A DNA stretch of 32,000 nucleotides, from assembly GCF_003367075.2 (NCBI RefSeq), contig NZ_CP065936.1, positions 3,270,001 through 3,302,000 on the forward strand, in the 5' to 3' direction. The position numbers and the translations under genes are program-made. The DNA comes from Cylindrospermopsis raciborskii Cr2010. Its GTDB lineage: Bacteria > Cyanobacteriota > Cyanobacteriia > Cyanobacteriales > Nostocaceae. This document shows positions 16,931 to 28,900 of the stretch, piece after piece; position 1 is the stretch's first letter; the number at the start of each line of letters is the position of its first letter. The notes under the pieces are model-generated. The model saw only the letters and a program-made list of their open reading frames with translations. It did not search any database and was not told the origin of the DNA.

Positions 16931-19900
16931 TTAACCAAAGGAGAAGACGGTGTCATTGAAGTCGTAATCATTGACCCCTACACCAGCGGGTAAATCTTCG
17001 AATCCAAAGACATTATTGCCAAAGCTCCTGATGTGAGCTGCACCATCTGGGTTGGCCGCACCAAAGCTAAAGTAAGCAACTGGGAAAGAGGTATAGTTTT
17101 CAGCGGTGGCTCGACTATTATCAGCATTAAGTTGGAAGAAGGTGTTAATAGCATCCTGCATGCTACCGAACAAGTTACCACCATTGGCAATAACGAAGGG
17201 AGCGTAAAATTTATCCCCGCCCACAACCACATTTCCAGTTATGCCATTTCCCGAACCCCCAGCTCGTACTGCAAAACTAGATACTGCTCTGTTTAAAGCA
17301 GCCCTAGCATAGCCAGATTGTCCTGGGGCAATGCCATTAACTGTACCTGTAGCATCATCTATTTCATAAAGACCAAACAGGTTATTAAAAGCCGCATCAG
17401 TACGACCTAAAGTTCTTTGCAGAATATCCCTGGATTGAGTTGGATTATAGCCAGCACGGAAATTGAAGGACACATTATTAACAATACCAGACAGGGAACC
17501 AGCTTCTGAAGGAATTAAGGGATCACCGGGGTTAACATTGGTTACATCTGGGTTTACCACAACTTTTGTTCCGGTCACATTAACCTTGACGTTTGCAGTT
17601 GCTGTTAAATTTCCTTGGTCAGAGATAGTATAGCTAAAAACATCATCTCCTATATATGCAGCATCCGAGAGGGTGTATTTTAGCTGATTGCCAATAATTT
17701 CCACCTTACCTTGTTTACCGTCAGTTACGCCAATAATTTTCAGTTGATCAGCGCTATCAGGATCAGTATCGTTCTTCAAAGGTTCAATGGATCCGCTAGT
17801 ATCTCCAACAATGGCTAAAAAGTCACCAATAGCAGTAGGTGCTTCATTGACATCTTCAACCTTGATATCGATATCTCGGATTACAGGGGTTTTACCATCT
17901 CCGACCGTGACTTGTACTTGGTAAATATTATTCTTATCCGCATCCTCGGGTTTTTCAAAGTCTGGTTCTCGATTAAACGTCAAGTTACCTTGGGAATCAA
18001 TGGACAGTAATTTAGCATCAACTCCTGCTAGGGCAAAGGTAATAACATCTTCCGGTTCCGGATTTTGAACACTGATTCTACCGACTGATTTACTATTTTC
18101 AGAGACCTTGAAGGAGACAGCAGAGAAAACAGGTGGTTCATTAACGTCTCTAACACCAATAGTCAGCTGTTTCTCAAAGAACAGTCCACCTTGGTCGGTG
18201 ATCCGAACTCTAATGCTGTAGCTGTTCTTGGTTTCAAAGTTAAAGGCAGCAGCAGTTTTTAGTTGACCACCATCTATGGTAAAGAAACTGTTATCGGTAG
18301 CACCTGTTCCCGTAACTAGACTATAGCTAAAGGTGTTTCCAGCATCCGGGTCTGTGGTAGAGAAGTTACCCACCACTGTGCCACTTGCTTGGTTTTCCTC
18401 AATAGTGGTGGCTGATAAAGTCAGGTCTGTGGGTGCTTCATTAACGTTGGTGACATCGATAATCAGAATCTGGGTAACTGGATTATTACCGTCCGTAACT
18501 TGGATTTGCAGGTTGTAGCGATTATCAGCTCCCACATCGGTTGGGGCTTCAAAGTTAGGAGCGGTAACAAAGCTCAAAGCTCCCGTAGTGCTATTGATGT
18601 TGAACAAACTCTGGTCTGCTCCCCCGTTAATGCTGTAGGTCAGGGTATTACCATCTGCATCAGTGGCAGTGATATTTCCCACTGCCGTGCTATTTTCCGC
18701 CACGGAGAAGGTGGAGCTACTGGTTATTACCGGTGGATTGCCAATTTCATCCACATTGGTGACATTAATGGTAACTGCTTGAGTAGCAGTTAGGCCCCCA
18801 CTATCGGTGGCGGTGACGGTCACACTGTAAGCATTGGTTCCCGCTGCACTACCTTTCGCCTCAAAATCAGGGGGAGTTTTAAAGGTCAGTGACCGGGTCG
18901 TATTATCAATGTTGAACTTGCCCGCATCTGCACCGGAAAGGCTGTAGGTAAGGGTGTCACCCGCATCCGGATCGTTAGCAGGAGCGATGGTTCCTACAGT
19001 AGTGCTGTTTTCCGCTGTAGAGAAAGTGGCAGTCGGATTGGCAAAGCTGGGTGCTTCATTAATACCGGTAACATTAACGGTAACTGTCTGGGTAGCGTTT
19101 AAACCCCTAACATCGGTGGCGGTAATGGTCAGACTGTAGGTGTTGGTTCCCGCTGCACTACCTGGTGCTTCAAAATTAGGGGGAGTTTTAAAGCTAAGGG
19201 CGCGAGTAATGGTATTAAAATTAAACTTGGTTGCGTCCGCTCCCGATAGGGTGTAGTTCAGAATATCCCCCGCATCTGGGTCGGTAGCAGGAGAGATGGT
19301 TCCCACATTAGTGCTATTTTCCGCTGTGGAGAAGGTAGCAGTGGTATTAGCAAAGCTAGGTGCTTCATTAACATTGGTAACATTAATGGTTAACTGTTTC
19401 TCAAAAGACAGTCCACCTTGGTCCGTGCTACGAACTCTAATACTGTAGCTGTTCTTGGCTTCAAAATTAAAGGCAGCAGCAGTTCTTAACTGGTTGCCAA
19501 CTATGGTAAAGGAACTATTATCGATAGAACCTGTTCCCGTAACTAGACTATAGGTGAAGGTGTTACCAGCATCCGGGTCTGTGGTAGAGAAGTTACCCAC
19601 CACTGTGCCAATTCCTTGATTTTCTGCAATGCTAGTAGCTGATAGAGTCAGGTCTGTGGGTGCCTCATTAACATTGGTAACAGTGATAATCAAGTCCTGG
19701 GTAACTGGATTATTACCATCGGTAACTTGGATTTGCAGGTTGTAAACGTTATTGATTCCTGCGTCTGTTGGTACTTCAAAGTTAGGATCAGTAACAAAGC
19801 TCAAAACCCCCGTATTGGCATTGATAGTGAATAAGCTCTGGTCTGCTCCCCCGCTAATGCTGTAGGTCAGGGTATTAGCATCCGCATCAGTGGCAATAAT

Positions 19901-22900
19901 AGTTCCCACTTGTGTGCTGTTTTCTGCCACGAAGAAGGTGGAGCTACTAGTTATCACCGGTGGATTGCCAACTTCTGGGACATCGGTGACGTTAACAGTA
20001 ACTGCTTGGGTGGTGGTTAGGCCCCCACCATCGGTGGCGGTTACCGTTACACTGTAAGCATTGGTTCCCGCTGCACTACCTCGTGCTTCAAAGTTGGGGG
20101 CAGTTTTAAAGCTGAGCAAGCGGGTAGAAGAGTCTATATTAAACTTGCCCCCATCTGCTCCAGAAAGGGTGTAAGTAAGGGTGTCGCCTGCATCTGGATC
20201 GGTAGCAGCAGCAATGGTTTCTACAGTAGTGCTGTTTTCAGGTGTAGAGAAGATAGCAGTGAGATTAGCAAAGCTGGGTGCTTCATTAACGTTAGTGACA
20301 GTGATAATCAAGTCCTGGGTAACAGGATTGACGCCATCCGTAACTCCGATTTGCACGTTGTAAATGTTATCAGTTCCCGGTGCTTCAAAGTTAGGAGCAT
20401 TAACAAAGCTCAAAGCTCCCGTATTAGCATTGATGGTGAACAAACTCCGGTCCGCTCCCCCGCTAATGCTGTAGGTCAGGGTATTACCATCTGCATCAGT
20501 GGCAATAATAGTTCCCACTGCCGTGCTGTTTTCTGCAATGGAGAAGGTGGAGCTACTAGTTATCACCGGTGGATTGCCAATTTCTGCCACATCGGTGACG
20601 TTAACGGTAACTGCTTGGGTGGTGGTTAGGCCCCCACGATCAGTGGCGGTGACGGTCACGCTGTAAGCATTAGTTCCCGCTGTACTACCCGGTACTTCAA
20701 AGTTGGGGGCAGTTTTAAAGCTGAGTAAGCGGGTCGAGGAGTCTATATTGAACTTGCCTGCATCTGCACCGGAAAGGGTGTAGGTAAGGGTGTCGCCTGC
20801 ATCTGGATCGGTAGCAGCGGTAATTATTTCCACCCTAGTGCTGTTTTCTGCAGTGGAGAACGTAGCAGTGGGATTAGCAAACCTAGGTGCTTCATTAACG
20901 TCGATAACATTAATGGTAACTGCTTGGTTAGTGGTTAAGCCAGCAGCATCCCTGGCGATAACAGTAACGCTGTAAGTATTACTACCTGGTGCTTCAAAAT
21001 TAGGAGCAGTCTTGAAGCTTAAAAACTGGGTGGTAGAATCAATATCGAACTTGCCTGCATCTGCACCGGAAAGGGTGTAGGTGAGGGTATCTCCCCTATC
21101 CGGATCAGTGGCAGCCACACTTCCCACAAGGATTGTGTTTTCCGCTGTGGAGAAGGTAGCAGTAGGGGTATTAAAGCTGGGCGCTTCATTAACGTCGGTA
21201 ACAGTGATAATCAAGTCCTTGGTAACCGTGTTATTATCACTATCTTTGACTTGGATTTGCAGGTTGTAGCGATTATCAGATCCCACATCGGACGGGGCTT
21301 CAAAGTTAGGCGCTGCAACAAATCTCAGAACTCCTGTGGTGGGGTCGATGGCGAACAAACTTTGATCCGCTCCCCCGCTAATGCTGTAATTAAGGGTGCT
21401 AAGTTCTACATCAGTAGCAGTAATAGTTCCCACTGCCGTGCTGTTTTCTGCCACGGAGAAGGTGGAGCTACTAGTTATCACCGGTGGGTTGCCAACTTCT
21501 GGGACATCTGTGACATTCACGGTAATTGCTTGGGTGGTAGTTAGACCCCCACCATCGGTGGCGGTTACTGTTACACTATAAGCATTAGTTCCCGCTGCAC
21601 TACCTGGCGCTTCAAAGTTAGGGGCAGTTTTAAAGCTGAGTAAGCGGGTAGAAGAGTCTATGTTAAACTTGTCCCCATCTGCTCCAGAAAGGGTATAAAT
21701 GAGGGTATCTCCCGCATCTGGATCGGTAGCAGCGGTAATTATTTCCACCCTAGTGCTGTTTTCTGCAGTGGAGAACGTAGCAGTGGCATTGGCAAAGCTG
21801 GGAGCCCTATTAAATCTCACTTCCCGTGCGATCGCTGCACTGGTATTACCAGCAGTATCTGTGGCAGTTGCCAGTAAAGAAAGTATTCCTTCACTAGGTA
21901 ATTCACCCGCGCTAATATTCACTGACCACTGGCCATTAATAGCGGTGACCGTGCGTGTCACATTACCAAAGGTCAATCGAACTCGGGAGTTGGCCTCTGC
22001 AGTTCCTGTAATGGTAATGCCACTTGATCTTTCTGCAGGGTTGATGATATCGTCACCTGTAACCGGATTAATGACAGGGGCGTTGGGTGGGGTGGTATCT
22101 AATAACAGAGTGCGAGAAGCGGCGATGGTTTGGGATCCGGACTGAGCAATGCCAATGGCCTCAACACTGTATGAACCATCTCCTGGCAACTCCTGGGGTG
22201 TAAAATTAGCAGTCCAGTTTCCACCATTGACGTTTACTGTTTTCCTTTGTCCAGCAATGGTGACTTGTACCTGAGCTAGTCCGGTTGCAGTTCCCGTAAT
22301 AACAGCACCCGCTGCTTTTTCGGCTGCATTCAAAATGTCATTTCCAGCAATGACTCCAATGGTTACTGGTGGCAAGTCATCACTAATAATAGTTGTTGCT
22401 GCTTGTCCCGCTGCTACCATTACTGAGCCTATATTAGGAGTCTCTATCCTCATTACTAACTGTTCATCAGTTTCAATGAGAGTGTCTCCTAATACGGTGA
22501 CCTTCACCAGCTTTTCCGTTTCCCCATCTGCAAAGTTGATTAAACCAGACAATGGAGTACCAGGAGATAAATCATCAGCATTAATGGACCCCTCCAATCT
22601 GTAGTCCACTGTGAGATTACCGCTGGGGTTGGTGCGCCATACCCGGAAGGTAACATCTTGTGAAGCGCTGTTTCCTTCTGTAATAGATAATGGAGTAGCC
22701 CCTACACCAACGGAAGTAATAACTGGAGCTTCTGCTGGAGCAGTCTTCCCTTCAGGTTCATCTGGAGACGCCTGCGCACCTTGAATAAAAGATCTTTCTC
22801 CCGTTAAGAGGTAATCATAAATGGCTGCATTCTGTAATACAGGATCGGTAATTCCTTCAGCAGCAGTGCGTGCTGCTGTTAATAAATCTGCAGGAACTTG

Positions 22901-25900
22901 GTTCAGGTCAATAACGCCTTGAGGGAAATTACTGCGGTCAAAACCGCCAAATCTTTCTCCCACACCATAGGAGAAAAGGGAATCCTTACCATTGTTTGTA
23001 CCTACCGCATCTAACCGCCAACTATTGGCAAAGGCTCCATAAAGATTCTCAAACCTGACTGGCTGAGAATAGAGAGTGCCATCTCGCCCGGTTAGATCAT
23101 CTGTCCTATCGTTGTTCCGATTGCCCAGTAATCCTCTAAATCCTCGAGTACTACCTGTAGGACTTTCAGCAACTAAGACATTTACATCCATAAAGGCATC
23201 GTAAATCTCTACTCTAACCTGCTCTCCTAAATCGTTTAGGGTAATGGTGTATTCGTTGCCATTAGTAATTGCCCTCCGCTGTATATCAAAATTACCATCA
23301 CCATTTATATCCACACCTCCCTCTGCAGGGTCAATATTACCATCGCCATTTATATCTGCAGGGTCAATGGATACAATTACTCCATCCACCAAGAGCTGGT
23401 CTGACCCTAGCTGCAACTCAATCCGTCTTTCACCGAGTTTAACAGCCATACGAGTAGTAATAGACACCACTTCCGAACCAGGATACGGTTCATAGCGGAC
23501 TTGCACCTGGAAGGGGTTATCGGACCCAGGGGTTGTTTCCACTAGGACAAATTCGCCCACTGCCATAAAGTCATAGGCCAGTCCATCTAGGGTTACCAAG
23601 TGAGGATCTCCAAAACCCCAACCCCAGAATAGACCATCATCATTTAAAATCCGCGCCTGGGCGGAATTTTGTGAAAGCGAGATCGATGCAGGATCTGGGT
23701 TGTTAATAACAGCTTGAAACCATTCTGCAAATTCACGGGTATTATCCCCTTGAACGCTGATAGTCAAAGGAGCAGTGGATTGCCCCGGTGCAAAATTAAC
23801 CGTTCCTGAGGGGAATGTGCTACCGACAAAATCGTTACCATCAGCATTGGGGAAGAAGAAGCTTTGAGTATTCCAGTTGACACTCAGGGCTGAATTCAGG
23901 TTACCCTGGCGGACAACTTCAAAGGTGTAGTTTGTGGGGGTTCCTTGATTGCCTTCAAAACGAGTTTGCAGCCATGCATTCCCTGGGTTACGAATAGAAA
24001 GAAAAGTCTTGGTGGTAGCAATATCTGCGGAATTGATATGATTAAACTGATTATCACCACCCTCAAATCCTAAATTATAGGCATAGCCTTCTTCGCTACC
24101 TAAACCCCTGTTACCACCATAGGACCAAATATAATTGGCTTTTCCATAGCCCCCTGTGCCAATTCCATCTTGGTCAGTTTGAATATCAAAATACTCATTA
24201 ACCCAAATATAAGTGTTAATGTTCCTTAAACCAAAATCGAAGCTATTCTGAACAGAAGTGACTTGATAATAACCAGTCTTACCCGTATCATTGGGTTTTG
24301 AATTTATAGCAAGGTATCGCCCTGGAGCGTTAATGTAATCTCGACTGGCATAGCCATAGCCCTTGTAATAGTCATTATTTGTGTCTTCGCCATAATAATA
24401 AGTAAATTCAAAGAAGACATTATTACTTCTTATATCGGCTTCAAAGAAGTTGCTAAAATAAGGGTCAGAGCTGAAAAAGTTAGGATCGTATGCAAAACCA
24501 TATTCTGAACCCAAACCAGAGAAACCACTAACTGTACCCTGTGGCGGCCATATATTAGTTGTTGGTCCAAATCCTGTATCAGCGTCATTGTAGCTGGTAA
24601 GGTAAACCAGGTTGTTAAAGGAAATGTTAGTGGTAATTTCTCCAAAAGAGTCAATGGTGTAGGATCCTGTTTGACCAGTTTCATTAGTATTGGAAACAGG
24701 TATGTTTTGACCCTGGGTGTAGGTTCCCACTGGAGCATACACATAACCACTATAGCTATCACCATTACCGTAGCGGTAAGTAAAGTTATACCGCTGATAG
24801 CCAGGTAGACCAACAGTCAGAGTAAATGGGTTAGAAAGAGAGCTGACATTACCCGCAGCATCCGTAGCCTGGGCAGTGAAATCGTAAGTTCCTGGAGCTA
24901 GGTTAGCAGTGGTGAAGGTATAATCCCCAGGAGTGTTGGCAGCAGTAGCGTCACCATAGGTAAGACCATTACGGAACACCCGTACGGAACTGCCTGCTTC
25001 CGCTTTGATATTCAGGGTCGGGGTGAGATCATCTGTGGTAATACCGTTGCCAAAGGTTCCTGTAACTGGCGCCACATCATCTCTGAAATTGATAATTTGG
25101 GGAGCATCAGGAGGGGTATCATCCACATCGGTGACGTTAACAGTAACTGCTTGGGTAGCAGTTAGGCCCCCTCCATCGGTGGCGGTTACCGTTACACTGT
25201 AAGTGTTGTTTCCCGCTGCACTACCTGGCGCTTCAAAATCAGGGGCAGTTTTAAAGGTTAATGACCGGGTTGTATTATCAATGTTGAACTTGTCCGCATC
25301 TGCACCGGAGAGATTGTAGGTAAGGGTGTCGCCTGCATCTGGGTCGGTAGCAGTGATGATTCCTACAGTAGTTCTGTTTTCCGCTGTGGAGAAGGTAGCA
25401 GTGGTATTAGCAAAGCTAGGTGCTTCATTAACATTGGTAACATTAATGGTTAACTGTTTCTCAAAAGACAGTCCACCTTGGTCGGTACTACGAACTCTAA
25501 TACTGTAGCTGTTCTTGGCTTCAAAATTAAAGGCAGCAGCAGTTCTTAACTGGTTGCCAACTATGGTAAAGGAACTATTATCGATAGAACCTGTTCCCGT
25601 AACTAGACTATAGGTGAAGGTATTACCAGCATCCGGGTCTGTGGTAGAGAAGTTACCTACCACTGTGCCAATTCCTTGATTTTCTGCAATGCTAGTAGCT
25701 GATAGAGTCAGGTCTGTGGGTGCCTCATTAACATTGGTAACAGTGATAATCAAGTCCTGGGTAACTGGATTATTACCATCGGTAACTTGGATTTGCAGGT
25801 TATAAACGTTATTGATTCCTGCATCTGTTGGTAATTCAAAGTTAGGATCAGTAACAAAGCTCAAAACCCCCGTATTGGCATTGATAGTGAATAAGCTCTG

Positions 25901-28900
25901 GTCTGCTCCCCCGCTAATGCTGTAGGTCAGGGTATTAGCATCCGCATCAGTGGCAGTAATAGTTCCCACTGCCGTGCTGTTTTCTGCCACGGAGAAGGTG
26001 GAGCTACTAGTGATTACCGGCGGATTACCGACTTCCACCACATTAGTGACATTAACAGTAACTGTTTGGGTAGCAGTTAGGCCCCCATCATCGGCGGCGG
26101 TAACGGTCACACTGTAAGTGTTGGTTCCTGCTGCACTACCTGGTGCTTCAAAATCAGGGGCAGTTTTAAAGGTTAATGACCGGGTTGTATTATCAATGTT
26201 GAACTTGGCCACATCTGCACCAGAAAGGGTGTAGGTAAGGGTATCACCTGCATCTGGATCTATAGCAGCAGAAATTGTTCCTACAGTGGTGCTATTTTCC
26301 GCTGTGGAGAAGGTAGTAGTGCCATTAGCAAAGCTAGGTGCTTCATTAACATTGGTAACATTAATGGTTAACTGTTTCTCAAAAGACAATCCACCTTGGT
26401 CCGTGCTACGAACTCTAATGCTGTAGCTGTTCTTGGTTTCAAAATCAAAGGCAGCAGCAGTTCTTAACTGGTTGCCAACTATGGTAAAGGAACTATTATC
26501 GATAGAACCTGTTCCCGTAACTAGACTATAGGTGAAGGTGTTGCCAGTATCTGGGTCTGTGGTAGAGAAGTTACCCACCACTGTGCCAATTCCTTGATTT
26601 TCTGCAATGCTAGTAGCTGATAGAGTCAGGTCTGCGGGTGCTTCATTAACATTGGTAACAGTGATAATCAAGTCCTGGGTAACTGGATTATTACCATCGG
26701 TAACTTGGATTTGCAGGTTATAAACGTTATTGATTCCTGCATCTGTTGGTAATTCAAAGTTAGGATCAGTAACAAAGCTCAAAACCCCCGTATTGGCATT
26801 GATAGTGAATAAGCTCTGGTCTGCTCCCCCGCTAATGCTGTAGGTCAGGGTATTAGCATCCGCATCAGTGGCAGTAATAGTTCCCACTGCCGTGCTGTTT
26901 TCTGCCACGGAGAAGGTGGAGCTACTAGTGATTACCGGCGGATTACCGACTTCCACCACATTAGTGACATTAACAGTAACTGTTTGGGTAGCAGTTAGGC
27001 CCCCATCATCGGCGGCGGTAACGGTCACACTGTAAGTGTTGGTTCCTGCTGCACTACCTGGTGCTTCAAAATCAGGGGCAGTTTTAAAGGTTAATGACCG
27101 GGTTGTATTATCAATGTTGAACTTGGCCACATCTGCACCAGAAAGGGTGTAGGTAAGGGTATCACCTGCATCTGGATCTATAGCAGCAGAAATTGTTCCT
27201 ACAGTGGTGCTATTTTCCGCTGTGGAGAAGGTAGTAGTGCCATTAGCAAAGCTAGGTGCTTCATTAACATTGGTAACATTAATGGTTAACTGTTTCTCAA
27301 AAGACAATCCACCTTGGTCCGTGCTACGAACTCTAATGCTGTAGCTGTTCTTGGTTTCAAAATCAAAGGCAGCAGCAGTTCTTAACTGGTTGCCAACTAT
27401 GGTAAAGGAACTATTATCGATAGAACCTGTTCCCGTAACTAGACTATAGGTGAAGGTGTTGCCAGTATCTGGGTCTGTGGTAGAGAAGTTACCCACCACT
27501 GTGCCAATTCCTTGATTTTCTGCAATGCTAGTAGCTGATAGAGTCAGGTCTGCGGGTGCTTCATTAACATTGGTAACATTAATGGTTAACTGTTTCTCAA
27601 AAGACAGTCCACCTTGGTCCGTGCTACGAACTCTAATGCTGTAGCTGTTCTTGGTTTCAAAATCAAAGGCAGCAGCAGTTCTTAACTGGTTGCCAACTAT
27701 GGTAAAGGAACTATTATCGATAGAACCTGTTCCCGTAACTAGGCTATAGGTGAAGGTGTTGCCAGTATCTGGGTCTGTGGTAGAGAAGTTACCCACCACT
27801 GTGCCAATTCCTTGATTTTCTGCAATGCTAGTAGCTGATAGAGTCAGGTCTGTGGGTGTTTCATTGATGTTGGTTACACCAATGGTTAACTGTTTCTCAA
27901 AAGACAGTCCACCTTGGTCCGTGCTACGAACTCTAATGCTGTAGCTGTTCTTGGTTTCAAAATCAAAGGCAGCAGCAGTTTTCAGTTGACCACCATCTAT
28001 GGTGAAGGAACTATTATCGATAGAACCTGTTCCCGTAACTAGGCTATAGGTGAAGGTGTTGCCAGTATCTGGGTCTGTGGTAGAGAAGTTACCCACCACT
28101 GTGCCAATTCCTTGATTTTCTGCAATGCTAGTAGCTGATAGAGTCAGGTCTGCGGGTGCTTCATTAACGTCGTTAACACTTAGGGTCACTGTGTTAGTGG
28201 CAGTTAGTCCACCTCCGTCTGTGACTGTGATCCCAAGGGTGAAGGTGTTAGGTAAACTTTCAAAGTTGTTAGCAGCAGCTGATATACCTGCTGCTGTCAA
28301 GGTAATTTGTCCACTACTAGAATTAATGCTGAAAAATCCGCTTTCATTTCCACTGGAAATGCTATACTGTCTAATACCTACGTTATCTGTATTGGGCAAG
28401 TTGTCACTTGCTGATACTGTTCCTAAGGTGGCTCCCTGCAGTTTATTTTCTGGGTAGGATAGGACTTGAGTTGTTATCGTGGGGTTAATACCATCGAAGA
28501 CGTTCCTTGAATTACTACTAAAGTTATTTCCCGCTATAGTAATACTGTTTGCAGTAATCTGGGCTGCGTCACGTAAGACAACCCCAACTTCCCAGTTTCT
28601 AATGGTGTTGTTTTGGATGTTGAGATTGCTATTATAGGTTCCATAGTCAGTGAAAGTGGGAATTACATCAATACCGTAATAACTAGCAGCTTGATGAGTT
28701 CCACCTTCACCGAAAAACTCGTTATTTTTGACCGATACCAGTCCCGGCAAACTACCGTAAAGGTTCAGACCCGTGATTAAATTAACACCGCCATTGGTAC
28801 CTGTTGGAGTTAAAGTGTTGTCTTCAATGGTCACACCGTTGAAGTTACCCCGCACCTCTAAAGAAGATTTGTGGTCTGTAGTATATTTGAGTTGAGCTAG

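Noticed and set aside
18333-25508. Many 60-148-aa plus-strand ORFs inside the giant gene (for example 18500-18793, 20351-20629, 21251-21544, 21699-22145, 23244-23495).
   Set aside because: They are antisense frames of a repetitive, Thr/Ala/Gly/Asn-rich coding region that happen to be stop-poor. They recur with the cadherin repeats and have no independent start signals.
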